A DNA stretch of 64,000 nt from Nitrospirota bacterium (GTDB taxonomy: Bacteria > Nitrospirota > UBA9217): assembly GCA_963790205.1 (NCBI GenBank), contig CAWBNQ010000014.1:96001-160000 (forward strand), given 5' to 3'. Under the pieces are notes generated by a model. It was not told the origin of the DNA, made no database searches, and worked only from the letters and a program-made list of their open reading frames with translations. The translations under genes were made by a program, and so were the position numbers. Below, piece by piece: positions 22,606 to 32,453 of this stretch (position 1 is its first letter; every line of letters starts with the position of its first letter).

Positions 22606-24258
22606 TTATGCTTTTACGATCGCTCCGGTATTGGCGGACGTAACAACCTTTGCATACCGGGCGAGCCAGCCCGACTTTATTTTCGGTTCCCGCGGCTTCC
22701 ATTTTGCCAGCCGCTTCCTGATCTCCGTGCCGGATAATTTTACTTCCAGCTTTCGACCCGGGATATCGAGAACGATCTTGTCCCCGTTCCGCACGATCGC
22801 GATCGGCCCGCCCTCCGCAGCCTCGGGCGAGATGTGTCCGATGCACGGGCCGCGCGTACCGCCCGAGAACCTTCCGTCGGTCAACAGCACAACCGATTCG
22901 CCGAGCCCCATGCCGGAGATGGCCGACGTGGGGGAGAGCATCTCGCGCATGCCCGGCCCGCCTTTGGGCCCTTCATAGCGGATCACGACTACCTGTCCCG
23001 CCTTGATCCTGTTCGCGAGGATGGCCTTCATGGACTCTTCTTCGGAATCGAACACGACGGCCGTCCCCTCGAACTTTTTCATGGTGTCGCTCACCGCCGT
23101 CTGCTTCACCACGCAGCCGTTCGGCGCAAGGTTGCCCTTGAGCACCGCGATCCCGCCCTCTTTGTGATAGGCGTTTTTCAAGGTCCGGATGACATCATCG
23201 TTCCCGACCTTGCCTGCCTTTGCGTGGTCGATGATCGATCTGCCGCTCACCGTGCGCGAAGGCTTGAGCACCTTGGTGAAACGGGATAATACTCCCGGTA
23301 TGCCGCCTGCCGCATCCAGGTCCTCCATATAGGTGGGACCTCCGGGCAGCATGTTGCACAGGTGCGGCGTCGTACGGCTGATTTTATCAAACGTGTCGAT
23401 CGATAATTCGATACCTGCTTCATGCGCAATGGCCGGGATATGGAGCGTGGTATTCGTCGAGCCGCCGAGCGCCATGTCGATCCGGATGGCGTTCTCGAAG
23501 GCGTTCTTCGTCATGATCTTGCGCGGGGTGAGCCCTTCCTTCACCATGCTGACGATCCGTTTGCCGCTGTCAAAGGCGATCCGCCGTTTTTCTCCCGATA
23601 CCGCGAGCGCGGTGGCGCATCCGGGAAGGCTCATGCCGAGCGACTCCGTGACACAGGCCATGGTGTTCGCCGTGTACATCCCCTGGCACGAACCAGGACC
23701 CGGACAGGCGCAGACCTCAAGCTCGGCAAGGTCGGCCTCGGACATTTCTCCTTTTCGCACCTTGCCTACGGCCTCGAACGCACTGATAAGGTTCACGCGG
23801 TTCCCGCGATACTTGCCCGAGTACATGGCGCCGGCGGTCACTACGATCGTCGGGATGTCGAGTCGCGCCGCCGCCATGAGCATGCCCGGCGTGATCTTGT
23901 CGCAGTTCGTGAGCAGCACGAGTCCGTCAAAGGCATGGGCCATGGCCACGGACTCCACCATGTCCGCGATCAATTCGCGGGAGGGCAGCGAATAATGCAT
24001 GCCCATGTGCCCCATGGCAATGCCGTCGCAGATGCCGGGCAGCCCGAAGAACAGCGGCCACCCGCCGCCGGTATGCACGCCTTTCTCTATGAAGCGCTCG
24101 AGGTCGCGCATGCCGATGTGGCCGGGAATGAGGTCGTTCCAGCTCGTGGCAATGCCGATCATCGGCTTGCCGAGTTCGCCCCGGGTGATGCCCGTGGCAA
24201 ATAAAAGAGACCTGTGCGGCGCCCGCTCCAGGCCTTTTTTGATCCTGTCGCTTCTCAA
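22606..24258 (-). CDS. ilvD: Dihydroxy-acid dehydratase
   Basis: [34 protein letters not shown] start with GAGGAG RBS. Confidence 0.96.
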   Translation of the reverse strand: MRSDRIKKGLERAPHRSLLFATGITRGELGKPMIGIATSWNDLIPGHIGMRDLERFIEKGVHTGGGWPLFFGLPGICDGIAMGHMGMHYSLPSRELIADMVESVAMAHAFDGLVLLTNCDKITPGMLMAAARLDIPTIVVTAGAMYSGKYRGNRVNLISAFEAVGKVRKGEMSEADLAELEVCACPGPGSCQGMYTANTMACVTESLGMSLPGCATALAVSGEKRRIAFDSGKRIVSMVKEGLTPRKIMTKNAFENAIRIDMALGGSTNTTLHIPAIAHEAGIELSIDTFDKISRTTPHLCNMLPGGPTYMEDLDAAGGIPGVLSRFTKVLKPSRTVSGRSIIDHAKAGKVGNDDVIRTLKNAYHKEGGIAVLKGNLAPNGCVVKQTAVSDTMKKFEGTAVVFDSEEESMKAILANRIKAGQVVVIRYEGPKGGPGMREMLSPTSAISGMGLGESVVLLTDGRFSGGTRGPCIGHISPEAAEGGPIAIVRNGDKIVLDIPGRKLEVKLSGTEIRKRLAKWKPREPKIKSGWLARYAKVVTSANTGAIVKA

Positions 24259-24289
24259 GAATTAAGTACTCCTCTTGTAGTAACGTTCG

Positions 24290-24410
24290 AACGGCGCCGG
24301 TAAAAGCTGCCTGTCAAGGGGCGCGATTCCAGACAAATGAGGCGTACCGAAAAGTACGCCGTAGAGGAAGAACGCCGCTCATCACTGCAAGGGACTTTTT
24401 ACGGACCGTT
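24290..24410. repeat. MITE-like palindromic element
   Basis: Imperfect terminal IRs AACGGCGCCGGTAAAAG / CTTTTTACGGACCGTT and internal hairpin GGCGTAC-CGAAAA-GTACGCC. Confidence 0.55.
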
Positions 24411-24506
24411 AATTGTTATTTTTAACATAGATACGGGAACAGAGTCAATAAAAAAATCCCCCCTTACTCTTCATCGTAAAGAGGGATTTCTCTTCTCCGA
24501 ATGGGC

Positions 24507-24542
24507 AAAAAACACAAAAGGCAAGGTTTTTCACCTTGCCTT
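24507..24542 (-). terminator. Rho-independent terminator after the DUF465 gene
   Basis: AAGGCAAGGT/ACCTTGCCTT stem followed by a T-rich tract on the minus strand. Confidence 0.7.
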
Positions 24543-24549
24543 CTTGCTG

Positions 24550-24786
24550 TCAGGCCTGACCGACTTTCGAGCGCCTGATGATTTCCATCATTCTGTCTTT
24601 TGCGGCCAGTTTCAGTTTCTGTATTCTCTTCCGCTCCACTTCTTCCTCAGGGGTGAGGTACCGATGGGTTTCAAAACTCATCAGCGTGTTTTCCAGCTGC
24701 CGGTGTTCCTGTTCCCATTTTTGGAACTCTGAATCCTCCACCCTGAGTTTTTCTACAAGTACTTCTTCCCTTACCTCCACATTCAT
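24550..24786 (-). CDS. DUF465/YdcH-like coiled-coil protein
   Basis: EHRQLE...YLTPEEEVERKRIQKLKLAAKDRM; RBS AGGAGG. Confidence 0.8.
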   Translation of the reverse strand: MNVEVREEVLVEKLRVEDSEFQKWEQEHRQLENTLMSFETHRYLTPEEEVERKRIQKLKLAAKDRMMEIIRRSKVGQA

Positions 24787-24911
24787 ATTTCGGCCCTCCT
24801 TTAGGGATTAAAGTCAACGAGAGGCTGAAACACATCTTTTATGCTATGAAAACAGTATCACATTTATAATAAAAAGGCAAGAAGTTCCATTGGTCGGAAA
24901 ATAGAGAGTTT

Positions 24912-25406
24912 CTATGCCGCCTGAGCCAGATCCTCAAGCGCCTTTTGCTCCAGGGCCATGATCACCGCGTCCTCCGTCGGCGAGTCGTAGTAATCCCTCC
25001 GGACGAAGGTGCCGGTAAAACCGAGACCCGAATAGAGCTTCTGGGCCGTTGTATTCGATGCCCTGACTTCGAGAAAAGCCCGTCGGGCGCCTTTGGCGTA
25101 GGCGTCCTTGATTGCATCAAGCACGAGCTGCCGGGCGATCCCGTGCCGCCGGTGCTCCCGAGCAACGGCGAGGTTCAGGAGGTGCATCTCATCCTCGACA
25201 AGCCAGTAGATGATGTAGCCCGTCACCATGCGCGGCGCAGCGCTCGCGAGCGACACAAGGAGCGTTGAGACCCCGGGACTGCGGAATTCGGACAGGAAGA
25301 GATTCCTCGACCAAGGCATGCTGAACGAGGCCTGCTCGATGGCAAGGACCTGGTCGATATCTTCCTTCTTCATGACGGCTATCACGATGTCTGTCTTTTT
25401 TCCCAC
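24912..25406 (-). CDS. rimI: Ribosomal protein alanine N-acetyltransferase
   Basis: IEQASFSMPW, HLLNLAV, LEVRASN, RRDYY...EDA; next to tsaB. Confidence 0.9.
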   Translation of the reverse strand: MGKKTDIVIAVMKKEDIDQVLAIEQASFSMPWSRNLFLSEFRSPGVSTLLVSLASAAPRMVTGYIIYWLVEDEMHLLNLAVAREHRRHGIARQLVLDAIKDAYAKGARRAFLEVRASNTTAQKLYSGLGFTGTFVRRDYYDSPTEDAVIMALEQKALEDLAQAA

Positions 25407-26077
25407 GCCACCTCGGCCTCCGGCCTGCGGATGTACAGCGGAGTCAGGCTGTCCGGGTCAATCTGCTTTCCGTTGTTGATCATGTCGAGGCCACGTTCAG
25501 CCACGGTCGCGGCGGAAGGCAGGGCCGCGGAAAGCGGCGCGAACAGGGCCGCAGTGCCGAACTGTTTCTCGATTTCCCGGCGGTAGAGGTGCGCGGCCTC
25601 GCCGGTGAAAAGGGTCTTTCTGGATATTTTTTCGGCAAGCCCTCGAATTGGTATCGTCATCTCCGGCATGACCTGTGTAAAAGCCGCTCCGTCGAAGGTA
25701 TAGAGCGCCGCATATACCTCGTTCTTTCGCGCATCGAGCATGGGGCACACGGGGTAGGCGGCATAAGGCAGGTTCCAGGCAAGCGCCTGGAGCGTGGGCA
25801 CGGCGGCGACCGGTTTGCCCGTGGCAAACGCGAGCCCCTTGACCGTGGAGAGGCCGATCCTGAGTCCGGTGAACGAACCCGGCCCGATGGCGACGGCAAA
25901 GCCCCCGAAGTCGGCTATCCTAAGCCCCGTGTCCTTGAGCACCCGGTCCACGGTGGACATCAACCGTTCGGAGTGCGTGACTTCGATGTTCAGGCTGTAC
26001 TGCGCGATGACCCCGTCATCTGATACGATGGCCACGCTGCCGGTCTTGGTCGAGGTCTCGATACCGAGGATGTACAT
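25382..26077 (-). CDS. tsaB: tRNA threonylcarbamoyladenosine biosynthesis protein
   Basis: LGIETST, HSERL, GPGSFTGLRIG, DARKNEVY, PLYIR. Confidence 0.95.
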   Translation of the reverse strand: MYILGIETSTKTGSVAIVSDDGVIAQYSLNIEVTHSERLMSTVDRVLKDTGLRIADFGGFAVAIGPGSFTGLRIGLSTVKGLAFATGKPVAAVPTLQALAWNLPYAAYPVCPMLDARKNEVYAALYTFDGAAFTQVMPEMTIPIRGLAEKISRKTLFTGEAAHLYRREIEKQFGTAALFAPLSAALPSAATVAERGLDMINNGKQIDPDSLTPLYIRRPEAEVAWEKRQTS

Positions 26078-26117
26078 GGTCGATACCTTACCGTAAAAGG
26101 TCTTTCATGTCAAAAGC

Positions 26118-26176
26118 AAAAAACGCCGCCGTGAGGGGCGCGTTTCTCAGCGACCCTCTCGACGGCTTGGTTAGAA
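26118..26176 (-). other. attC recombination site (terminal site of a cassette array)
   Basis: Minus strand TTCTAAC-CAA-GCCGTCGAGAGGG...CCCCTCACGGC-GGC-GTTTTTT. Confidence 0.75.
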
Positions 26177-27106
26177 TTTTCACATGAGGCATTCAGGGTT
26201 TTACTTGTTTCCAGTCGCAATGCTAATACAAACGCACTAAGTAATGTTACAAAGTCGCCTGACTTTGTGCTTTGACCACGAGTCAAGCGTCCTTTGGACC
26301 GTTGCCCAGATTGCGTCAAGGTTATCAAACCACCGGTTGGTAGTTGATTCATAGCGAATCTGGCGCCATATGCGTTCCTGCATATTCAAGGCAGGCTGAT
26401 ATGGTGGTAAGTACACAATCCGGAGTCGTTTATGCTTTCTGAGAAACTCCCGGATTGGGTCACCCCTATGCCAACGAGCTCGGTCAACATACAGCCAGAT
26501 AGTGTAGCCACGAAGCTGGCTATAAAGGTGCCGCAGCACTTTGAGAAAACCTTCTCGGTTGCCACGTTCCGTTTGGATGACGCCGGCACGAGCCAGAAGA
26601 GGAGCCACCCAGCCGGAAACATTCAAACGTTTCTGATGCTGGCTGGTTGTCGGCACTTTCAACCGTTTCCCGATGAGCGCCCAGCCGCGGCCAAGCCGAG
26701 GGTGCAGAGTAAAACCGCATTCGTCCTGAAAAACCACAGTTTCTTTAGGACCCAGCGTTTTGAGTTTTTTTTAGGCTCCTGGCAAACTTCTTCGCGTCTT
26801 CTGCCTTTGCCTGGAGATAAACGTGATTGGCTCGCTTTAACCGATACCCAAGTTGATGCATCCAGTATTGGGCCTGACGGACTTTCAGCTTTATCCCGAA
26901 CTGGCGCTGTAAATGAGTTGCCAAAGTGGGGCCATCCCATCGAATACGATTTAAGCCGAACTTCTGGGGCGATTCCTCCAGTTGAAGCTCTAGCTGAGCT
27001 ACGATCTTAGGAGTCATCCGAACTGGACGGCCTGACTGCTTTTTCGGGACAAGGGCTTCTACTCCGTCCTTGTTTACCGCCCGCGTCCAGCGGTTTACGT
27101 TCATCC

Positions 27107-28316
27107 GGACCTGCCCCCCGAAAATAGTGCCATTTCCGATTAGAGTGTGACATAATATCTCACTCGAAAAGGAGGCACCAGATGAAGCAAGGCAAGTACT
27201 CGGAGGAGCAGATTGTCAAAATTTTAAAAGAGGCAGATGCAGGGATAAAGATCCCCGAGCTCTGCCGCAAATACGGATTCAGCGACGCCACCTATTACAA
27301 CTGGAAAGCAAAATACGGCGGCATGGGCGTCAGCGAGGTGAGGCGCCTCAAGCAGCTCGAGGACGAGAACCGACGTTTGAAGCAGATCGTAGCCGATCTG
27401 ACGCTTGATAACCAGGCACTGAAAGCGGTAGTAACAAAAAACTTCTAACGCCCAAGGCACGGCGGGATGCCGCAGCCTATATCAAAGACTGCTTTGGGCT
27501 GAGTGATCGCCGCGCCAGCCGCCTCGTGGACCTGAGCCGGAACACCCTGCGGTACAAACGGAAACCGGATAAGGACGAAGCACTTCGTACCAGGATGAAG
27601 GAGCTGGCAGCGCAACGCAAACGATATGGTTGCCGCCGGCTCCATAAGTATCTTAAACGCGAAGGTCTGGTCGTAAACAAGAAGCGAACGGAGCGCATTT
27701 ATCGGGAGGAAAACCTCAAAATTCGGGTCCGCAGAAGAAAGAAGCTGGCAGCTCAGGCTCGAATAGAACTTCCCAAGGCAGAGCGGCCGAATCAACTCTG
27801 GGCCATGGACTTTCTTCAGGATGCGCTGCATAACGGGCGAAGGTTTCGGGCGCTTCCGATCATTGATACGTTTACAAGAGAATGTTTCTGGATTGAAGTA
27901 GATACATCGATCGGCGGTAAGCGGGTAGCACAGGTCCTGACCCGGATATCGGCAATTCACGGCCTTCCCGAGCAGATCGTTGTTGATAATGGCCCTGAGT
28001 TCATCAGCAACGCGCTGGATGCGTGGGCATATGAGCGCGGGATCAAGCTACAGTTCATTCGTCCGGGCAAGCCGGTTGATAATTGCTACATGGAGAGCTT
28101 TAACGGCAGATTCCGCGACGAATGTCTGAACGAAAACTGGTTCATGAGCTTGGATCATGCACGAAAGATCATCGAGAATTGGCGGGTCGATTACATGCAG
28201 GTTCGTCTCCACAGCTCTTTAAACGACCTGACGCCTGCTGAATTCAAGCTGCAAGAATTGTCAAAGATCGGTCAAAACCTCTAATTGCAAGTGGCACTAC
28301 AAAGGGGGGTAGCTCA
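27107..28316 (+). mobile_element. IS3-family (IS407-group-like) insertion sequence
   Basis: Imperfect IRs (CCCCCC...TAGTGCCA / TGGCACTA...GGGGGG...CA); ATCC direct repeats at 27103-27106 and 28317-28320. Confidence 0.9.
27182..28284 (+). CDS. IS3 transposase OrfAB (-1 programmed frameshift at AAAAAAC near 27436-27442)
   Basis: OrfA 27182-27448 (YSEEQI...LEDENRRLK); OrfB WAMDF, VDNGPEF, ESFNGRFRDECLN. Confidence 0.93.
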
Positions 28317-28508
28317 ATCCGGGTCTGGCCTAGGACTTCTGAGATCCACCCCGGTCGTTGACCCTCCATTACCAAGAGGAGGGTAGCTATCTTTATGCCG
28401 ATCCAAGCTCCTGGCACCTTCTCTGCGAGGGCCAGCAATTGCTCTTTGGACACCTTTATTGGGCTTGCAGGGGATGTTTTCATGCCCCCAGAATAACATA
28501 AAGTATGG

Positions 28509-29279
28509 TTAAAGTGTAACAATATTTACTGCGTTTGTATTAGTGGCCTCATCTGTGCCAGGTGGCAACAATTCAACTTCTCCAGCCATTTCATGAAACT
28601 CAATCTTACGTTCTTCGTGTAGACGACGCAGGAGACGTGTGAAATACGGTTTGCCCTTGTAACCAGTCCATTTTAGAAGGTCGGCAGCACGAACTCTTGA
28701 GGTTGATGAAGCAAGTAGTAGAAGAACTTGACTCCGAAGAGGCAGCTCGGGATTAAGGACTCGGCGTATCTCGCCGGATTGCCACACAAGTGGTAGACGA
28801 CGTTCGGCAAGTTCAGTTACGACGGTTTGAGCTTCACCGGTGCTGACGGCGTGATAAACTCGAACGAGTTCGGCAAGTATCCAACTAGAAATAGAAACGA
28901 CAGCAGAACTGTCCATAAAATCCGGATCTACATCACCACCAACATGGCCGACATTCCGATTATTGCGAATTTCATATAGCGCAGGAAGAAGACGTGGAAT
29001 CAGTATTTGAAAACTTCGAGGTACACCTGCGTTGTTTTCCAGTCTTCGACACGCATCGAGAAAGTTTGGCGGCTTTACTGGTGAAGCAGCATAAGAACCA
29101 CGAGCGTGACCGTCTAGTATTGTGTAAACGATCTCGCAAAAGCGCCCACCCGACAGTTCTGCAGAAGTCCAGCGGCGCTCCGAGAAATTTGAAGTGATCT
29201 GCTTGAACTCAGCTAAAAGTGGCGTTCGAAGGCCATCGGGAATACCTGACAACGCTGTATGTCGCGTTACTGTGCTCAC
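28509..29279 (-). CDS. HEPN/Abi-C-like protein with C-terminal winged helix; last residues replaced by IS630 sequence
   Basis: GRFCE...LYEIRNNRNVGH (RxxxxH-type); native C-terminus SIATGNK* reconstructed at 26201-26223. Confidence 0.75.
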   Translation of the reverse strand: MSTVTRHTALSGIPDGLRTPLLAEFKQITSNFSERRWTSAELSGGRFCEIVYTILDGHARGSYAASPVKPPNFLDACRRLENNAGVPRSFQILIPRLLPALYEIRNNRNVGHVGGDVDPDFMDSSAVVSISSWILAELVRVYHAVSTGEAQTVVTELAERRLPLVWQSGEIRRVLNPELPLRSQVLLLLASSTSRVRAADLLKWTGYKGKPYFTRLLRRLHEERKIEFHEMAGEVELLPPGTDEATNTNAVNIVTL

Positions 29280-29731
29280 AGTGCGCTCTTTCCTTCATCG
29301 GTCACAAAGAATTGCTTTCCATCCTTCTGACAGTATCCTTTAGTGACGTTCTGTTTTAGGCAATCTGTTGGATTACCGAGACGCTTCTGGTTGGCATCGT
29401 TAAGGGCCTTGGTTACGTCGCTCGTCGAAAGTCGGTTCTGTCCCTTTGCTTCTAGCCAAACGGCAGTTGCCAGAAACTTCTTCACTTGTTTCGTGGTTGC
29501 GTTCTTCTCCTGAAGGAACGCGGGGAGCGTCTTCTTAGCGATAGCGTTGTCTTTTCCCATAGGCTTGCGATCACTATCAGCGACATCAGATTCACCTGAG
29601 GCGGGCGCGAGTTGCACCAGTTTTTCGGCTTGCGCTAAAATCTTGTCAAGCTGTTTGGCAACCCAATCCTGTTCGCCTTGCCCTGAAAAAGTAATCTGGC
29701 CAATCTTGATATCTATTTTCGATTCGCTCAT
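29276..29731 (-). CDS. Hypothetical protein with probable C-terminal winged-helix domain
   Basis: Strong RBS GAGGAGG; LSTSDVTKAL...GNPTDCL...KGY...FFVTDEG; GTGA overlap with the downstream gene. Confidence 0.8.
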   Translation of the reverse strand: MSESKIDIKIGQITFSGQGEQDWVAKQLDKILAQAEKLVQLAPASGESDVADSDRKPMGKDNAIAKKTLPAFLQEKNATTKQVKKFLATAVWLEAKGQNRLSTSDVTKALNDANQKRLGNPTDCLKQNVTKGYCQKDGKQFFVTDEGKSAL

Positions 29732-29752
29732 TTTCTCCTCCTCTTTTTTGGA

Positions 29753-29808
29753 TTCTAACGCGGAGTTCACACGCCGCGAAGCGGTCGGCGTGGAACGACA
29801 AGTTAACA
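29753..29808 (-). other. attC recombination site
   Basis: Minus strand TGTTAAC-TTGTCG-TTCCACGCCG...CGGCGTGTGAA-CTCCGC-GTTAGAA, directly after a stop codon. Confidence 0.82.
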
Positions 29809-29810
29809 TT

Positions 29811-30218
29811 TTATTTTTCGTATCGCTTGATTACGGTTTCAATTGCCTCTTTGACCTTTGGATCATTCATTGTAGTAGGATTTGCTTTTCGATAAGCAAC
29901 AACCTTACCCATAAGTTTGTTTGTTGCACTTTCATTTTGAGGTAGTAGGCTGACATACAATGGCCTATTAACCAAACCGCTCCAATGCTCAATCAGCTCG
30001 GTATCAAGATCCGATTCAAGTTGTCTTTCCACGCCGCTCATATCATCAGACTTCAGCATTTCAAGTTTTCTCATGGTGAGATATGAGTCTCCTATTGATG
30101 CTTGATAGGCGCGATAAGCATATCCATAGCCCCAGCCGATGAATCCTCCAATCACGAAAGTTCCGCAAATTATCAAGAGACATAAAATACCAATGAGTAT
30201 CTTTCTTGATTTTTTCAT
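29811..30218 (-). CDS. Hypothetical membrane-anchored protein, cassette gene
   Basis: MKKSRKILIGILCLLIICG TM segment; RBS GAGG; AT-rich; followed by attC. Confidence 0.75.
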   Translation of the reverse strand: MKKSRKILIGILCLLIICGTFVIGGFIGWGYGYAYRAYQASIGDSYLTMRKLEMLKSDDMSGVERQLESDLDTELIEHWSGLVNRPLYVSLLPQNESATNKLMGKVVAYRKANPTTMNDPKVKEAIETVIKRYEK

Positions 30219-30252
30219 AAACACCTCATCGAGTTCTCGGGTTATTGAGTAG

Positions 30253-30603
30253 TTACAGATAGGCATCTAATACTAGATGCTTTTCCAGTTTTGTTCCTTT
30301 AACATTCCCGTATCGAATGAACCACAGCCTTTTCTCCGGGTTCCATCTGCCTTTCGCCGCCTTCGCGGACTCTTTCAGATCCTTTTCAGCGTATCCGATC
30401 CTCACGGGTACAAGGTCGTTGTCGCCGAGTTTCCGCGCCGACGGGGTCCATGCTGTTTTTTCGACAATGAGTTCCACGGTCTTGAATCTCATGCGGCTCG
30501 CCTCGTCGTACCGGTAGCGCACGCAGACAAGCGCCTCGCCGTGTTCCGCAAGCAGCTTCTTCGTCCCCTTTTGCCCCGGTTTCAGTTTCAGCCGCGTTAT
30601 CGT
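30253..30603 (-). CDS. Conserved hypothetical protein (start codon unclear, ACG where ATG is expected)
   Basis: TRLKLKPGQKGTKKL...LVCVRYRYD...KTVELIV...GRWNPEKRLW, a plausible protein sequence. Confidence 0.65.
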   Translation of the reverse strand, partial: TITRLKLKPGQKGTKKLLAEHGEALVCVRYRYDEASRMRFKTVELIVEKTAWTPSARKLGDNDLVPVRIGYAEKDLKESAKAAKGRWNPEKRLWFIRYGNVKGTKLEKHLVLDAYL

Positions 30604-30827
30604 TGTTTGATCCGTTAGCGCCGTTAAGACAGTCCAGAGTTCTAAGTTCCGAGTGAAAATAGGGTTTCTTGTTGTGATGCACAAAAACCAGTCTTGCGTT
30701 CAAATCCTAAAGCGCGTCTTCAACTGCCTTGGTTCAAACTGCTGCTGCTTCGTGCACAGATGGCGGGTAATTCTACTATGGATGGATGCTGTGATTGGAA
30801 GTAGGTCCGGGATGGGCCTCCCGCCCC

Positions 30828-31224
30828 CTATGGTTCTTTTATCATATATCCCCGCTTGTGCCCCTCAGTGTCCGCACGATGCGCCGCGAGTTCCGTGGAA
30901 ATAGAGTCCATTTTTTTCTCCATGTGCTCCTCAACACGGTCCAGCTTCTCGGAAAGCATTTGGTGCCCTTCGGCTACGAGCTGGAGCTTGTGCTGGAAAT
31001 CCTCGGAGAGAATGAGCTACATGGTGCCGAAAGTCCTCATTGACGTCTTTTCGGAGTTGTCCAAGCTTTGCGTCGATTTTTGTGTCGAATTGACCAAATT
31101 TAGCATCGATTTTCTCGTCAAATTGTCCGAGTTTTGCGGTGGCCTCTCCTTCAAATCGTCCCAACCTGGCATCAACGACGTTTGACACCAACTGTTCTAT
31201 CCGTTTGAAATCGTTTTCTTCCAT
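30828..31224 (-). pseudogene. Coiled-coil protein with 11-aa repeats, frameshifted near 31014
   Basis: AKLGQFDEKID/AKFGQFDTKID/AKLGQLRKDVN repeats; second frame continues ILSEDFQHKLQLVAEGHQML...AAHRADTEGH...EP*. Confidence 0.7.
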
Positions 31225-31374
31225 AGAAAAGTCCATCTCCTTGGCAGGATGCGTCGATTATACGGGAGCGAGTTTTTTTGTCAAGGGCTTCGATGGGGTT
31301 ATTTTGGGGGGAGGCCTTTTACTTCAGTTCGGAGTGCAAAGTTCGGAGTTCGGAGTCCAGAATACCGCCACGAT

Positions 31375-32256
31375 TCATTTCAAATATTTATCAAAAAAAT
31401 CCCCCACCCGTTTTTCGTACGCGCTGCCCGCGGCAGCGAATGTGGCCCCATGGTCCGCGTTGGGAATGATCCAGAGCTCTTTCGGTTCTCCTGCCGCTGC
31501 ATAAAGTTTTCGCCCGTTCTCTGCCGGGACAAGCCGGTCTCCGTCGCCCGCGATAATGAAAACCGGGGTTGGAGATATGTCCTTGATCACGCTCACCGGC
31601 GATATGTTGTCGATCCCTGTTTGAAAATACAGCTCATACCCGAGGACAGAGAGGTTTAAAAAAGGGAAAGAAGGCAAATGATAAAAACCCGTGATTGCGG
31701 TCCAGGCCTGGTCGCGCAGGCTGGTAAAGGCGCTGTCAACAACGATCGCGGAGAATGCATGGGTCCGCGCCGCGGCAAGGATCGCCGAGGAAGCTCCCAT
31801 GGAGAACCCGTAGATCCCGATGCGCTTCGGGTCGGCCTCGGGACGGACTTTGAGAAAATCGAGCGCAGCGGCAATGTCCCTTTGCTCATGATGGCCGAGC
31901 GATGACCGACTGCCGCTGCTCTCGCCGTGGGCCCGAAAATCGAAGAGAAGAACGAAGTATCCCCGCCGTGAGAGCACGACGGCAAGCTCGGTGAAGTCTG
32001 ATTTGTTTGCGCCCAAGCCATGACAAATAATAATAACCGGCGCTTTTGAAGCAGGATGCGCGGGTTTGACGAACCAGCCTTTTAACGTTATGCCGTCCTC
32101 GCTCGAAAAAGATACTATTTCATAATCGGCCCGATAGGCGGATGGAGGGATATGGAGCGGATATTTCGGCGGATGGGTGTTGGCGTAAACAAGGATGAAG
32201 GGAAGAATGACGATGATAAGGGCGAGACCGAGGATGATCTTCATGGCGATTTTCAT
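31375..32256 (-). CDS. Alpha/beta hydrolase with N-terminal TM anchor
   Basis: HGLG, FDFRAHGES, GFSMG nucleophile elbow, GDGD, ADHG. Confidence 0.9.
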   Translation of the reverse strand: MKIAMKIILGLALIIVILPFILVYANTHPPKYPLHIPPSAYRADYEIVSFSSEDGITLKGWFVKPAHPASKAPVIIICHGLGANKSDFTELAVVLSRRGYFVLLFDFRAHGESSGSRSSLGHHEQRDIAAALDFLKVRPEADPKRIGIYGFSMGASSAILAAARTHAFSAIVVDSAFTSLRDQAWTAITGFYHLPSFPFLNLSVLGYELYFQTGIDNISPVSVIKDISPTPVFIIAGDGDRLVPAENGRKLYAAAGEPKELWIIPNADHGATFAAAGSAYEKRVGDFFDKYLK

Positions 32257-32453
32257 GAGTTACTATGGTTGATACGCTTGCCGTCACCCTCGCCCCTTTG
32301 GGGAGAGGGCCGGGCCTGCACCCAGCGTTTACGAGCCTGTGGCCGGTGTTTAAGAGTGCGCTGCGCTAATACAGGCCATGCGAGCGTAGCCTGCTCTTGC
32401 GAAGCGCGGCCATAAACGAGTGCAGAGTGCAATCTGCATTCCGCAATGCCTCA

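Larger units (their letters stand above)
26237..28483 (-). pseudogene. IS630 transposase (HTH ORF plus DDE ORF joined by an A8 frameshift near 26765-26772), split by IS3
   Basis: ...SEVLGQTR | MNVNRWT... rejoin in frame on removing the IS3; FQDECGF, YVDRARWH, LPPYQPALNMQERIW. Confidence 0.88.
26226..28540 (-). mobile_element. IS630-family element interrupted by an IS3
   Basis: IRs ATACAAACGCA / TGCGTTTGTAT flanked by duplicated TA (26224-26225, 28541-28542). Confidence 0.9.
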
